DNA of 64,000 nt from Deltaproteobacteria bacterium. GTDB taxonomy: Bacteria > Desulfobacterota_D > UBA1144 > Nemesobacterales > CSP1-2. The notes below the pieces were generated by a model that worked only from the letters and a program-made list of their open reading frames with translations, had not been told where the DNA came from and did no database searches. Below are positions 49,080 to 57,250 of the stretch, one piece after another. A program made the translations under genes and the position numbers. Location of the stretch: positions 5,327-69,326 of the forward strand of contig JACPIY010000104.1 of assembly GCA_016187835.1 (NCBI GenBank), in the 5' to 3' direction. Numbering within the stretch: the stretch's first letter is position 1; each line of letters opens with the position of its first letter.

Positions 49080-50258
49080 CTACAAATGTAAAAGTAGATT
49101 ATGCGCTGCTTTAAACGCACGAAGTGCCTGCTCAATGTGCTCTTCTTTGTGCGTTGCCATAAGGGTTGCTCGGATCCGGCATTTGCCCGGTGGAACTGAA
49201 GGAGGGCGAACAGCAGGTGTAAATACTCCGTTTTCCCTAAGCATGCGAGCAAAATCGAGCGTTGGCTGAACTTCACCAATGAGAACCGGAATAACAGCAG
49301 AATTAGAAGGAAGAACTTCAAGTCCGATATCTTCTAGTCCTGATTTAAACTTTTTTATAAGACCCCAGAGATGCTCTCTTCTTTCGGGTTCAAATTCTAT
49401 TATATCAATTGCAGCAATAGAAGCCGCAAGAGAACTCGCTGGAAGAGAAGTGTCGAAAATATAGGAACGGGCTCGGTTTCTAAGAAAATCAATCAGTTTT
49501 CTGCTTCCCCCAACATATCCTCCCAGAGACCCAATGGCTTTTGAAAGCGTTCCCATGACTATAGGAACCCGGTCCTCCACTCCAAAATATTCTGTGGCAC
49601 CACTTCCCCTCTTCCCCAAAACTCCCGTTGCATGGGCTTCGTCAATCATCAACATACAGCCATAGTGTTCCGCAAGCTCAACTATCTTAGAAATTGGAGC
49701 AAGGTCTCCGTCCATGCTAAAAACCGTATCTGTCACGATTAATTTTTTCCCTCGGAAATTATCTGAAGAGAGAAGGTGTTTTAGATGTTCTACATCACAG
49801 TGCTTATATATTCTAGTTTCCGCACGGGAAAGTCGGCATCCGTCAATTATGGATGCATGATTAAGTTCGTCACTGTAAACTATATCGCCAGGACCGACCA
49901 GAGCAGAAATGGTGCCAATATTTGCCAAATAACCTGAGCTAAAAAGTATCGCCGCCTCAGTCTTTTTGAATAACGCAATTCGCTCTTCTAATTCTCTATG
50001 AAGATCAGAGCTTCCACTTACAAGACGGGAACCTCCTGAGCCTGTTCCATATTTTTCCAAAGCTTTGCTTGCAGCTTCTGTTACCTTTGGGTCAGTTGTT
50101 AAGCCGAGGTAATTGTTCGAGCCAAGGAGAATGTAAGTTTTACCATCAACTATAATCTCAGGCAACTGACCGCTCTGGAGTTCTGTAAAAACCCGGAAGA
50201 GCTTTTTATCGCGGATTTGCTTTAATTCATTCTCAATCCAATAAAGAGGGTCATTCAT
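49080..50258 (-). CDS. bioF: 8-amino-7-oxononanoate synthase / 2-amino-3-ketobutyrate CoA ligase family (PLP acyltransferase)
   Basis: PLP-Lys region GTLSKAIGSLGGY; family-typical N-terminus after M at 50258; the GTG-extended ORF (to 50294) would translate a perfect GC palindrome, so the shorter start is preferred. Confidence 0.85.
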   Translation of the reverse strand: MNDPLYWIENELKQIRDKKLFRVFTELQSGQLPEIIVDGKTYILLGSNNYLGLTTDPKVTEAASKALEKYGTGSGGSRLVSGSSDLHRELEERIALFKKTEAAILFSSGYLANIGTISALVGPGDIVYSDELNHASIIDGCRLSRAETRIYKHCDVEHLKHLLSSDNFRGKKLIVTDTVFSMDGDLAPISKIVELAEHYGCMLMIDEAHATGVLGKRGSGATEYFGVEDRVPIVMGTLSKAIGSLGGYVGGSRKLIDFLRNRARSYIFDTSLPASSLAASIAAIDIIEFEPERREHLWGLIKKFKSGLEDIGLEVLPSNSAVIPVLIGEVQPTLDFARMLRENGVFTPAVRPPSVPPGKCRIRATLMATHKEEHIEQALRAFKAAHNLLLHL

Positions 50259-50268
50259 AACGTTAGTT

Positions 50269-50328
50269 GTAGGGGCGAACGGCCGTTCGCCCACTAAATT
50301 AGGGCAGACACACTGGGGTCTGCCCCTA
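50269..50328. repeat. REP-like composite palindrome between bioA and bioF: GTAGGGGCGAAC, a 20-bp perfect palindrome (50273..50292), and hairpin GGGCAGAC-N8-GTCTGCCC ending CCCCTAC
   Basis: Seen directly; related unit GTTCGCCCCTACAA recurs at 49072..49085 on the other side of bioF. Confidence 0.65.
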
Positions 50329-50332
50329 CAAT

Positions 50333-51688
50333 TTACGATTCCGTTGTCTTCTTAATCGCTCTATAAGTCACAGTAAGTAGCTTTTTTAGATCTTCCATCG
50401 AGATTCCAATCGGAGGCATTACTACAATCACGTTTCCAAGAGGACGTATTAGGACTTCTTCCTCCATCGCAAGCTCGGCAACCTTCCATCCCATCTTCAT
50501 CTTGACCGGATAAGGTTTTTTCGTCTCTCTATCCTCTACTAGCTCTATTCCCACCATAAAACCTTTATTCCTCACATCTCCAACGTGCTTGAGTCCTTTA
50601 AACTCCCGAAGTTCCTGTTCCAAGAACTCTATCTTCTCTTCTAGTTCTTCAAGAGTATTGTAATTCCTGAAAGCCTCAAGATTTCCCAGTCCTGCCGCAC
50701 AGGAGATCGGATTACCGGCATAGCTATGACCATGAAAGAAGGTTTTAAATTCCTCATACTCACCGAGAAAAGCATCGTATATCTCCTGAGTTACAATCGT
50801 TGCAGAAAGAGGCAGGTATCCACCCGTCATTCCCTTGCCCAGAACCATAATATCGGGCGTTACCCCTTCATGCTCACAGGCAAACATCTTTCCTGTTCTT
50901 CCAAAACCTGTAGCAACCTCATCCAGAATCATAAGCACATCATATTTATCACAGCACCCACGTACTTGCTCAAGATAACCTGGAGGAGAAACAATCATGC
51001 CGCCTGCTGCCTGGACGTAAGGCTCAAATATCACTGCCGCAATCTCATTGTGATGCTCACTGAGTATTTTCTCAACCTCTCCTGCGCATGCAACCTCACA
51101 TGAAGGATATGTCTGTCCAAGGGGGCATCTGTAGCAATAATATGATGGAGCTTTGTAAGTCTCAAAAAGAAGAGGTTTAAATGTTGCATGAAATATATCA
51201 ATTCCGCCTAGAGATACCGCACCAAGTGTATCTCCATGATACCCGTTTTCTAAGGAAACAAATTTTGTCTTCTTGGGCTTTCCTTTGTGTTGCCAATATT
51301 GAAAAGCCATCTTAATTGCAACTTCGACTGCGCTTGCACCGTCCCCCGAATAGAAAACCTTCTTTAAACCAGTGGGACATATTTCTATTAATTCTTTTGC
51401 AAGCTCTGCTGCGGCAGGGTTTGTAATTCCCAGAAGCGTGCTGTGGCCAAGTTTCTCTACCTGCTCTTTAATCGCCCTGTCAATTTCCGGGACTTTATGT
51501 CCATGAATATTAACCCAGAGCGACGACACGCCATCTATGTATTTCCTGCCCTCAGTATCAAAAAGATAAACCCCTTCAGCTTCCTCGATAACAATCGGCT
51601 CTTTTTTCTCGTACTCCTTCATCTGGGTAAAGGGATGCCAGATGAAATTCTTGTCATATTCTCTAAGTTTCTTCGTACGGTCAGTCAT
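50333..51688 (-). CDS. bioA: adenosylmethionine-8-amino-7-oxononanoate aminotransferase
   Basis: Class III aminotransferase; N-terminal FIWHPFTQM, PLP Lys region; ATG at 51688 preferred over GTG at 51709. Confidence 0.9.
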   Translation of the reverse strand: MTDRTKKLREYDKNFIWHPFTQMKEYEKKEPIVIEEAEGVYLFDTEGRKYIDGVSSLWVNIHGHKVPEIDRAIKEQVEKLGHSTLLGITNPAAAELAKELIEICPTGLKKVFYSGDGASAVEVAIKMAFQYWQHKGKPKKTKFVSLENGYHGDTLGAVSLGGIDIFHATFKPLLFETYKAPSYYCYRCPLGQTYPSCEVACAGEVEKILSEHHNEIAAVIFEPYVQAAGGMIVSPPGYLEQVRGCCDKYDVLMILDEVATGFGRTGKMFACEHEGVTPDIMVLGKGMTGGYLPLSATIVTQEIYDAFLGEYEEFKTFFHGHSYAGNPISCAAGLGNLEAFRNYNTLEELEEKIEFLEQELREFKGLKHVGDVRNKGFMVGIELVEDRETKKPYPVKMKMGWKVAELAMEEEVLIRPLGNVIVVMPPIGISMEDLKKLLTVTYRAIKKTTES

Positions 51689-51695
51689 TTTAATT

Positions 51696-51751
51696 GATGC
51701 AGGATGCACGATGCATGATGTATGATTTATTTATATCCGGTATCCTGCATC
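51696..51751. repeat. bioB-bioA intergenic dyad: 10-bp perfect inverted repeat GATGCAGGAT / ATCCTGCATC around ATGCAT-rich spacer
   Basis: Seen directly at 51696..51705 and 51742..51751. Confidence 0.6.
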
Positions 51752-51769
51752 ATGTATCATGCATCATGA

Positions 51770-52591
51770 TTACACGTCCCTTCTCACGGGCATCTGGAGG
51801 TCATCAAGCATTCTTAAATCCTCTTCAGGAGGGCGCCCGGTAGTAGTAAGGTAGTTGCCAAGAATCATGGCGTTTGCACCAGCCAAGAGCCCCATTGCCT
51901 GAAGGTCCCGAAGGGTAACCTCCCTTCCACCAGCAGTCATAAGAATCTTATCGGGAAGCACAAGCCTGAAAATTGATATAGTCTTTATTGCCTCAAAAGG
52001 GGAGACCATTGGTAGGTCGCCGAAAGGAGTCCCCGGTCTTGGATTAAGGAAGTTTATAGGAACCCAACTTGGTTCGAGTTCTCTAATCTCAAAAGCAAGC
52101 TCAATCCTCTGCCTCACAGACTCGCCCATTCCGAGAATGCCGCCTGAACAAAGATTCATACCAACCTTTTTAACAAGCTTTGCCGTTCTTACTCTATCAT
52201 CATAGGTATGCGTAGTGCAAACTTTTGGGAAATAGCTACGACAGGCTTCGATGTTATGATTGTACCGCCACACTCCATGTTCTTTAAGTGTAAAAGCCTG
52301 CTCCTCAGTAAGAGATCCAAGGGAACATCCAATCTTAAGATTCGTGTTTACTCTTAGGAGGTCTACAGCTTCGAGAACCTTCTTAAAAATTCTAGGTGTT
52401 GGTCCCTTGGCACTTATCACTATACAAAAATCCATTGCGCCAAATCTTTCGGCTTGTTGAGCGGCTTTTAATATCCTTTCTGCCGCCATTAAGGGATGAG
52501 CATTTACTTCTGTATCATAATAGGCAGATTGAGAACAAAATGCGCAGTCCTCAGGACAGTTTCCTGTTTGCGCGCTTATAATAGAGCGCAA
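51770..52591 (-). CDS. bioB: biotin synthase (radical SAM); conserved N-terminal ~50 codons continue upstream to ~52745 without an ATG/GTG/TTG start
   Basis: CPEDCAFCSQS radical-SAM cluster motif; upstream in-frame translation ...NTLDIVREKLLEREELITFDEALELTELTKEQIPDLISLARKV is BioB-like. Confidence 0.85.
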   Translation of the reverse strand: MRSIISAQTGNCPEDCAFCSQSAYYDTEVNAHPLMAAERILKAAQQAERFGAMDFCIVISAKGPTPRIFKKVLEAVDLLRVNTNLKIGCSLGSLTEEQAFTLKEHGVWRYNHNIEACRSYFPKVCTTHTYDDRVRTAKLVKKVGMNLCSGGILGMGESVRQRIELAFEIRELEPSWVPINFLNPRPGTPFGDLPMVSPFEAIKTISIFRLVLPDKILMTAGGREVTLRDLQAMGLLAGANAMILGNYLTTTGRPPEEDLRMLDDLQMPVRRDV

Positions 52592-52800
52592 AAAGACCCC
52601 ATCCCCTTTATACTTTAATGTAACCTTTCTGGCAAGTGAAATGAGGTCGGGAATCTGTTCTTTAGTCAGTTCGGTTAACTCAAGGGCTTCGTCAAAAGTG
52701 ATAAGCTCTTCTCTTTCTAGCAGCTTTTCTCTTACTATATCTAAAGTATTAATTTTAACCCTCCTCTATTTGACTGGTAAATCTTATTAACTGAAAGCTC

Positions 52801-52820
52801 CATTCTTGTCAACAAGAATG
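52801..52820. promoter_or_regulatory. perfect 20-bp palindrome CATTCTTGTCAACAAGAATG upstream of bioB (candidate operator)
   Basis: Seen directly; lies ~40-60 nt upstream of the extended bioB 5' end. Confidence 0.4.
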
Positions 52821-52971
52821 AGCCAGAGATGACATCCATGGCCTAATGATTTTCCAAAAATTTAATTGGATAAACATCAAGATAGGGTAAGCCCACCAGT
52901 CTTGCTGAGTCTTACTGATGGGTAAGAGGGTTGTCAGATAAGAATATCTGACCCACCATATCATGATTTTT

Positions 52972-52992
52972 GGTAGAACAGACATTCTTGTC
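52972..52992. repeat. left arm of 21-bp perfect inverted repeat GGTAGAACAGACATTCTTGTC
   Basis: Exact reverse complement at 53705..53725; flanked outside by a 20-bp palindrome at 52933..52952. Confidence 0.7.
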
Positions 52993-53144
52993 TTTTCCAA
53001 GATCGTTATTACCTACCAGGTATGACCAGGGTGAGCGATCCGGATGGAGGGTATCTAGGCAACCACAAGGTTATCTATTACCGGATTAATATTTGAAAGA
53101 GCATTAGACCAGAATCAAGAAATCAGCAGAGCATTAAAAAACGA

Positions 53145-53651
53145 TTAACCAAAAATTCTCTTTAACTCCTCCTGCAATTTGTCAATTTCAGTAATAATCG
53201 TTCCGCCGCTTGCTTGAATGAAATATTCGACTTGAAGATTCACTTTCGCCACTTCATTATCCGCTCTTAATCTGAAATCCCCACGGTATCCCAAAATAGG
53301 CTTTCCCTTGGCAAAAGCATATCCTATTTCCGCCGCAGTCCCACTGTCAACATCGGTGCCATCTAGGACGGCTACCAATCCATCCGAATCATCTATACCT
53401 TTTTTATTATTCCTGCCGATTTCAATATTGAGTTTTTTCCAAGCATGTAGTTTCTGAGAGAGATCAGTCATTGATTCTATTCTCTGTTTTTTTTCTATAG
53501 GAGTTAATGTCCAGGGATCAATGACTTGATAGCCAACTTGCTCAATCCTTGGAATTAGTTCTCGATAATAGAATGCCCTTCCAATTTCTGAGAATCCCAG
53601 AGGACTAGCCACATAAATTTTAATTTTTGAACCCATACTATTTTCCTCCAT
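53145..53651 (-). CDS. nucleoside 2-deoxyribosyltransferase-like protein
   Basis: 168 aa; KIYVASPLGFSE ... GTDVDSGTAAEIGYAFAKGKPILGY matches the Rossmann-like NDT/PurE-like 2-deoxyribosyltransferase fold family. Confidence 0.7.
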   Translation of the reverse strand: MEENSMGSKIKIYVASPLGFSEIGRAFYYRELIPRIEQVGYQVIDPWTLTPIEKKQRIESMTDLSQKLHAWKKLNIEIGRNNKKGIDDSDGLVAVLDGTDVDSGTAAEIGYAFAKGKPILGYRGDFRLRADNEVAKVNLQVEYFIQASGGTIITEIDKLQEELKRIFG

Positions 53652-53704
53652 TATATCTTCTGCAACGAGTAAACATTATTCATAGTAACGGACAATAGAA
53701 AACA

Positions 53705-53725
53705 GACAAGAATGTCTGTTCTACC
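53705..53725. repeat. right arm of 21-bp perfect inverted repeat (GACAAGAATGTCTGTTCTACC)
   Basis: Exact reverse complement of 52972..52992; flanked outside by palindrome GTCAGACATTCATGTCTGAC at 53753..53772. Confidence 0.7.
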
Positions 53726-53874
53726 AATATATAGCAACAGCATATATGGTAGGTCAGACATTCATGTCTGACATTCAACCAACAAAAATTTTTGTTGACA
53801 CTGCTTTCTTTTTTTGCGATGATATAAATGATTCATTTAAAAATTCCTGACTATTTAGAGGGGAGGTAATAGAT

Positions 53875-55350
53875 ATGGGATCTGCTGTTAGAAGATACGG
53901 ACTTTTTATTGACGGCAAAGAAATGGATTCCGTAAGCGGAAAGACTTTTATGAGAGAAAATCCCGCTACTGAGGAGCCTTTTGCGGAAATTGCAGAGGCG
54001 CAGAGAGAAGACGTAGATAGGGCAGTGAAGGCGGCAAAGCTTGCATTCGAGAAATGGCCGCACTTACCTCCTCGAGAACGCTCTAAATTTATCTATCGCC
54101 TTGCTGAAACGCTAGATAAAAATAAAGATAAAATTGCGCTCACAAACACTCTTGAGACTGGAAAGCCGATTCGTGAAAGCCGTGTCGTAGAGATAGGGAA
54201 TTCAGTAAGAACTCTGGAGTACTACGCAGGAGCCGCGACAAAACTAAACGGCGAGAGCATGTCTATTTCTGATGACCTGTTGACGATTACCTTGAGAGAA
54301 CCTGTAGGAGTTGCCGCGCACATAATTCCCTGGAACTTTCCCCTGCTCCTCTCATTCTGGAAAATCGGAGCGGCCCTTGCCGCTGGATGTACTATAGTAT
54401 TAAAACCTGCAACGGACACACCGTGTGGTATTCTGGAGTTTGCGCGCTTGGCTGCCGAAGCAGGACTGCCCGATGGGGTATTTAACGTTATTCCTGGGAG
54501 GGGAAGCATTGCAGGTCAGGCTTTGATAGAGCATCCTGACATAAGCAAGATCGCCTTTACAGGCTCAACCGAAGTCGGAAAGGGGGTTATGAACACGGCC
54601 TCACAGAGTATAAAAAGAGTTTCCCTTGAACTCGGTGGTAAAGCCCCTTGCATAGTTTTCGATGACGCGGAAATAGAAGAAGCGGTTGAAGCCAATCTAA
54701 GAGGAGGTTTCTTCAATCAGGGTGAAAACTGCACCGCTGTAACCCGTCTCCTTCTCCACGAAAACATTTATGCTAAGTTCTTATCATCATACATAGATAG
54801 GGTCAAGAAGATTCGAATTGATGATCCTACGAAAGAGGAAACCGAAATGGGCTCGCTTGTCTCCCGCGCGCAATTTGAGTCGGTAAAATCGTATTTTGAG
54901 AAGGGAGTCGAAGAAGGCGCTAAGGTTCTACACGGAGGAGGGCGTCCAAAGAAGTTTTCTAAGGGCTACTTCTTTGAACCTACGGTTCTCGCTGATGTAA
55001 AACCTACTTCAACGGTTGCCTGTGATGAGATCTTTGGCCCTATAGTAGCGGTCATACCGTTTAAGACAGAGGAAGAAGCAATAAGAATATCAAACGATAC
55101 AATATATGGGCTTGCAGGAGGAATTTGGACCCAGAACCTAAAACGCGCTCTCAGGATGGCAAAAGCTGTAAAAGCAGGATACCTTTGGGTAAACACCTAT
55201 GGAGGAATCATACCTGAGACTCCATATGGAGGGTTCAAGCAAAGCGGTATCGGAAAAGAGCTGGGGACGGAAGGACTCGAAATGTATCTGGAGACGAAAG
55301 CTGTAAATATATATCTCGGTGATAAGACTCCCAGATGGTATAAGGGTTAG
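53875..55350 (+). CDS. NAD(P)-dependent aldehyde dehydrogenase
   Basis: 491 aa; catalytic Cys (FFNQGENCTA) and Glu (LELGGKAP), NAD-binding FTGSTEVG. Confidence 0.9.
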   Translation: MGSAVRRYGLFIDGKEMDSVSGKTFMRENPATEEPFAEIAEAQREDVDRAVKAAKLAFEKWPHLPPRERSKFIYRLAETLDKNKDKIALTNTLETGKPIRESRVVEIGNSVRTLEYYAGAATKLNGESMSISDDLLTITLREPVGVAAHIIPWNFPLLLSFWKIGAALAAGCTIVLKPATDTPCGILEFARLAAEAGLPDGVFNVIPGRGSIAGQALIEHPDISKIAFTGSTEVGKGVMNTASQSIKRVSLELGGKAPCIVFDDAEIEEAVEANLRGGFFNQGENCTAVTRLLLHENIYAKFLSSYIDRVKKIRIDDPTKEETEMGSLVSRAQFESVKSYFEKGVEEGAKVLHGGGRPKKFSKGYFFEPTVLADVKPTSTVACDEIFGPIVAVIPFKTEEEAIRISNDTIYGLAGGIWTQNLKRALRMAKAVKAGYLWVNTYGGIIPETPYGGFKQSGIGKELGTEGLEMYLETKAVNIYLGDKTPRWYKG

Positions 55351-55362
55351 AGTTTAAAGTAA

Positions 55363-55531
55363 ATGATGGATTTCGAAGATACTATTTACGAAAAGGAACA
55401 AGGGATTTCAAAAATAACGATTAATCGTCCAGAGGTCTTAATCTCTCTTGAACTATACGGAAGAAGCTCATGAGGGAGTAAGTGCTTTTTTAGAAAAGAG
55501 ACTCCCTGATTTTTCTAAGTTTAGGAAGTAG
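55363..55531 (+). pseudogene. enoyl-CoA hydratase (crotonase) gene remnant: N-terminal 36 codons and C-terminal 19 codons only
   Basis: MMDFEDTIYEKEQGISKITINRPEVL (crotonase N-terminus) then stop; +1 frame reads EGVSAFLEKRLPDFSKFRK-stop (crotonase C-terminus); central ~200 codons absent. Confidence 0.6.
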
Positions 55532-55974
55532 CGCCATTATAATTATGAAACAGTTAATGTTTAGCCTGAAGCGGTCACGAGCAAGACTCGTGACCTACCC
55601 TATACAGCTCAGGATGCAGAAACGGGTAGTCCACCAGTCTTGCTGGTGGAATCATAGCATGAACATGGCGGTGAATGCCAAATTCCATAGAAAAGCAGCG
55701 TGCAAAATCCAGTCCACTTCCCTACAAACTTCGCGCCACTTTTTTGAAGAAACGCAGTCATCCCTTCCTTAAAACCCTGTGTTTGGAACACTTCATAAGC
55801 ACCATCCATTATTATTGACAAAATTCCTAAAAAAAGGTTATATATTTAGCGGCTGATTTTAGCCATATACCTGATTCTGATCTTAAATCGAACAACATAA
55901 TTCTTAAGCAATCTTAGGTACGGTCAAACCAAAGGCATAAAAGTCAGACTTGTAAACATCTGGAGGTAAAATTC

Positions 55975-57141
55975 ATGCCACTTCTGACGGAAGAACATCA
56001 AGAGATACGTAAAGCCGTCCGTAGGTTTACAGACGAGGAGGTAATCCCCGTTGCTCAGGAATTAGACACCCATAACAAAGAAATACCCCTACATATAATA
56101 CAGAAAATGGCGGAGCTTGGGTATTTTGGCTTAATATTCCCACCGGAATACGACGGAATAGGACTCGATTACATAAGTATGGCAATTGTTGCAGAAGAAC
56201 TGAGCCGGGGATGGCTCAGCGTGGGAAGCGTAATGACAAGAAGTATTATTACGGGAACCCTTCTTCTAGCACACGGTACCGATGAACAAAAAAAGAAGTA
56301 TCTACCAGGAATTGCAAGAGGAGAACTTATGACCGCCGCCGCTTTTACTGAACCCGATTCGGGTTCTGACACCGGGAGCATGAAGCTCCGTGCTACCAAA
56401 AAAGGAGACGGCTATGTACTAAACGGAGAGAAAACGTGGTGTACATTTGCCAACCGCGCACATCTCCTTACTGTTATCGCCCGCACCGACCCAGATATGA
56501 GCAAAAGACACAGGGGACTTAGCATATTTCTAGTTGAAAAAGATGCTGGAGAAACGATTAATCACCCTAATATATCAGGAGGACCAATTCCCACTGTAGG
56601 CTACCACGGAATGCGCTCCTATGCTCTGAGCTTTGATGAGTGTTTCGTTCCTGCTGAAAATCTGATCGGACTTGAGGAAAACAAAGGATTCTACCAACTG
56701 ATGTCAACTTACGAATCTGCAAGAATTCAAACCGCAGCCCGCGCTGTAGGGATAGCACAGGCAGCCTATGAAGCCGCGCTCAGGTACTCAAAGGAGCGTA
56801 TACAGTTTGGTCAACCCATTTGCAATTTTCAGGCGATCAGAATGAAGCTTTCCGAAATGGCATCGAAGCTAGAAGCAGCAAGACAGTTAGTCTATTACGC
56901 CTGTGATATGAAGGACACAGGCAAGCGCTGCGATCTTGAAGCAGGAATGGCAAAGGTTGTCGCCGCTGAAATGGTGGAATATGTGACCAGAGAAGCAATG
57001 CAGATTTTTGGGGGTTATGGATACTCTAAAGAGTACCCTGTCGAGAGATTCTGGCGCGACGGAAGAGTAATAAGCCTATTTGAAGGCACTAGCGAGATTC
57101 AGCATGAGGTCATTGCAAGACGCCTTATCGAGTTAAGCTAA
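55975..57141 (+). CDS. acyl-CoA dehydrogenase
   Basis: 388 aa; ACAD N-, middle- and C-domain pattern, catalytic-base region IFGGYGYSKEYPVERFWRD. Confidence 0.9.
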   Translation: MPLLTEEHQEIRKAVRRFTDEEVIPVAQELDTHNKEIPLHIIQKMAELGYFGLIFPPEYDGIGLDYISMAIVAEELSRGWLSVGSVMTRSIITGTLLLAHGTDEQKKKYLPGIARGELMTAAAFTEPDSGSDTGSMKLRATKKGDGYVLNGEKTWCTFANRAHLLTVIARTDPDMSKRHRGLSIFLVEKDAGETINHPNISGGPIPTVGYHGMRSYALSFDECFVPAENLIGLEENKGFYQLMSTYESARIQTAARAVGIAQAAYEAALRYSKERIQFGQPICNFQAIRMKLSEMASKLEAARQLVYYACDMKDTGKRCDLEAGMAKVVAAEMVEYVTREAMQIFGGYGYSKEYPVERFWRDGRVISLFEGTSEIQHEVIARRLIELS

Positions 57142-57250
57142 GTAATATGCTTAGCCACTAAGTCACAAAGACACTAAGAAGAAATACGAATTTATACTTT
57201 GTGCCTTAGTGTCTTCGTGGCTTTTAAAAATTGAAAAGGAGGAAATCACT

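Noticed and set aside
50258-50294. GTG-extended N-terminus of bioF (ORF track start 50294)
   Set aside because: The extension would translate a 20-bp perfect GC palindrome that is part of a REP-like element; the family-typical N-terminus begins at the M at 50258.
55545-55772. 75-aa ORF in the ALDH-ACAD intergenic region
   Set aside because: Covers the palindromic repeat element; no RBS, no homology; coding potential implausible.
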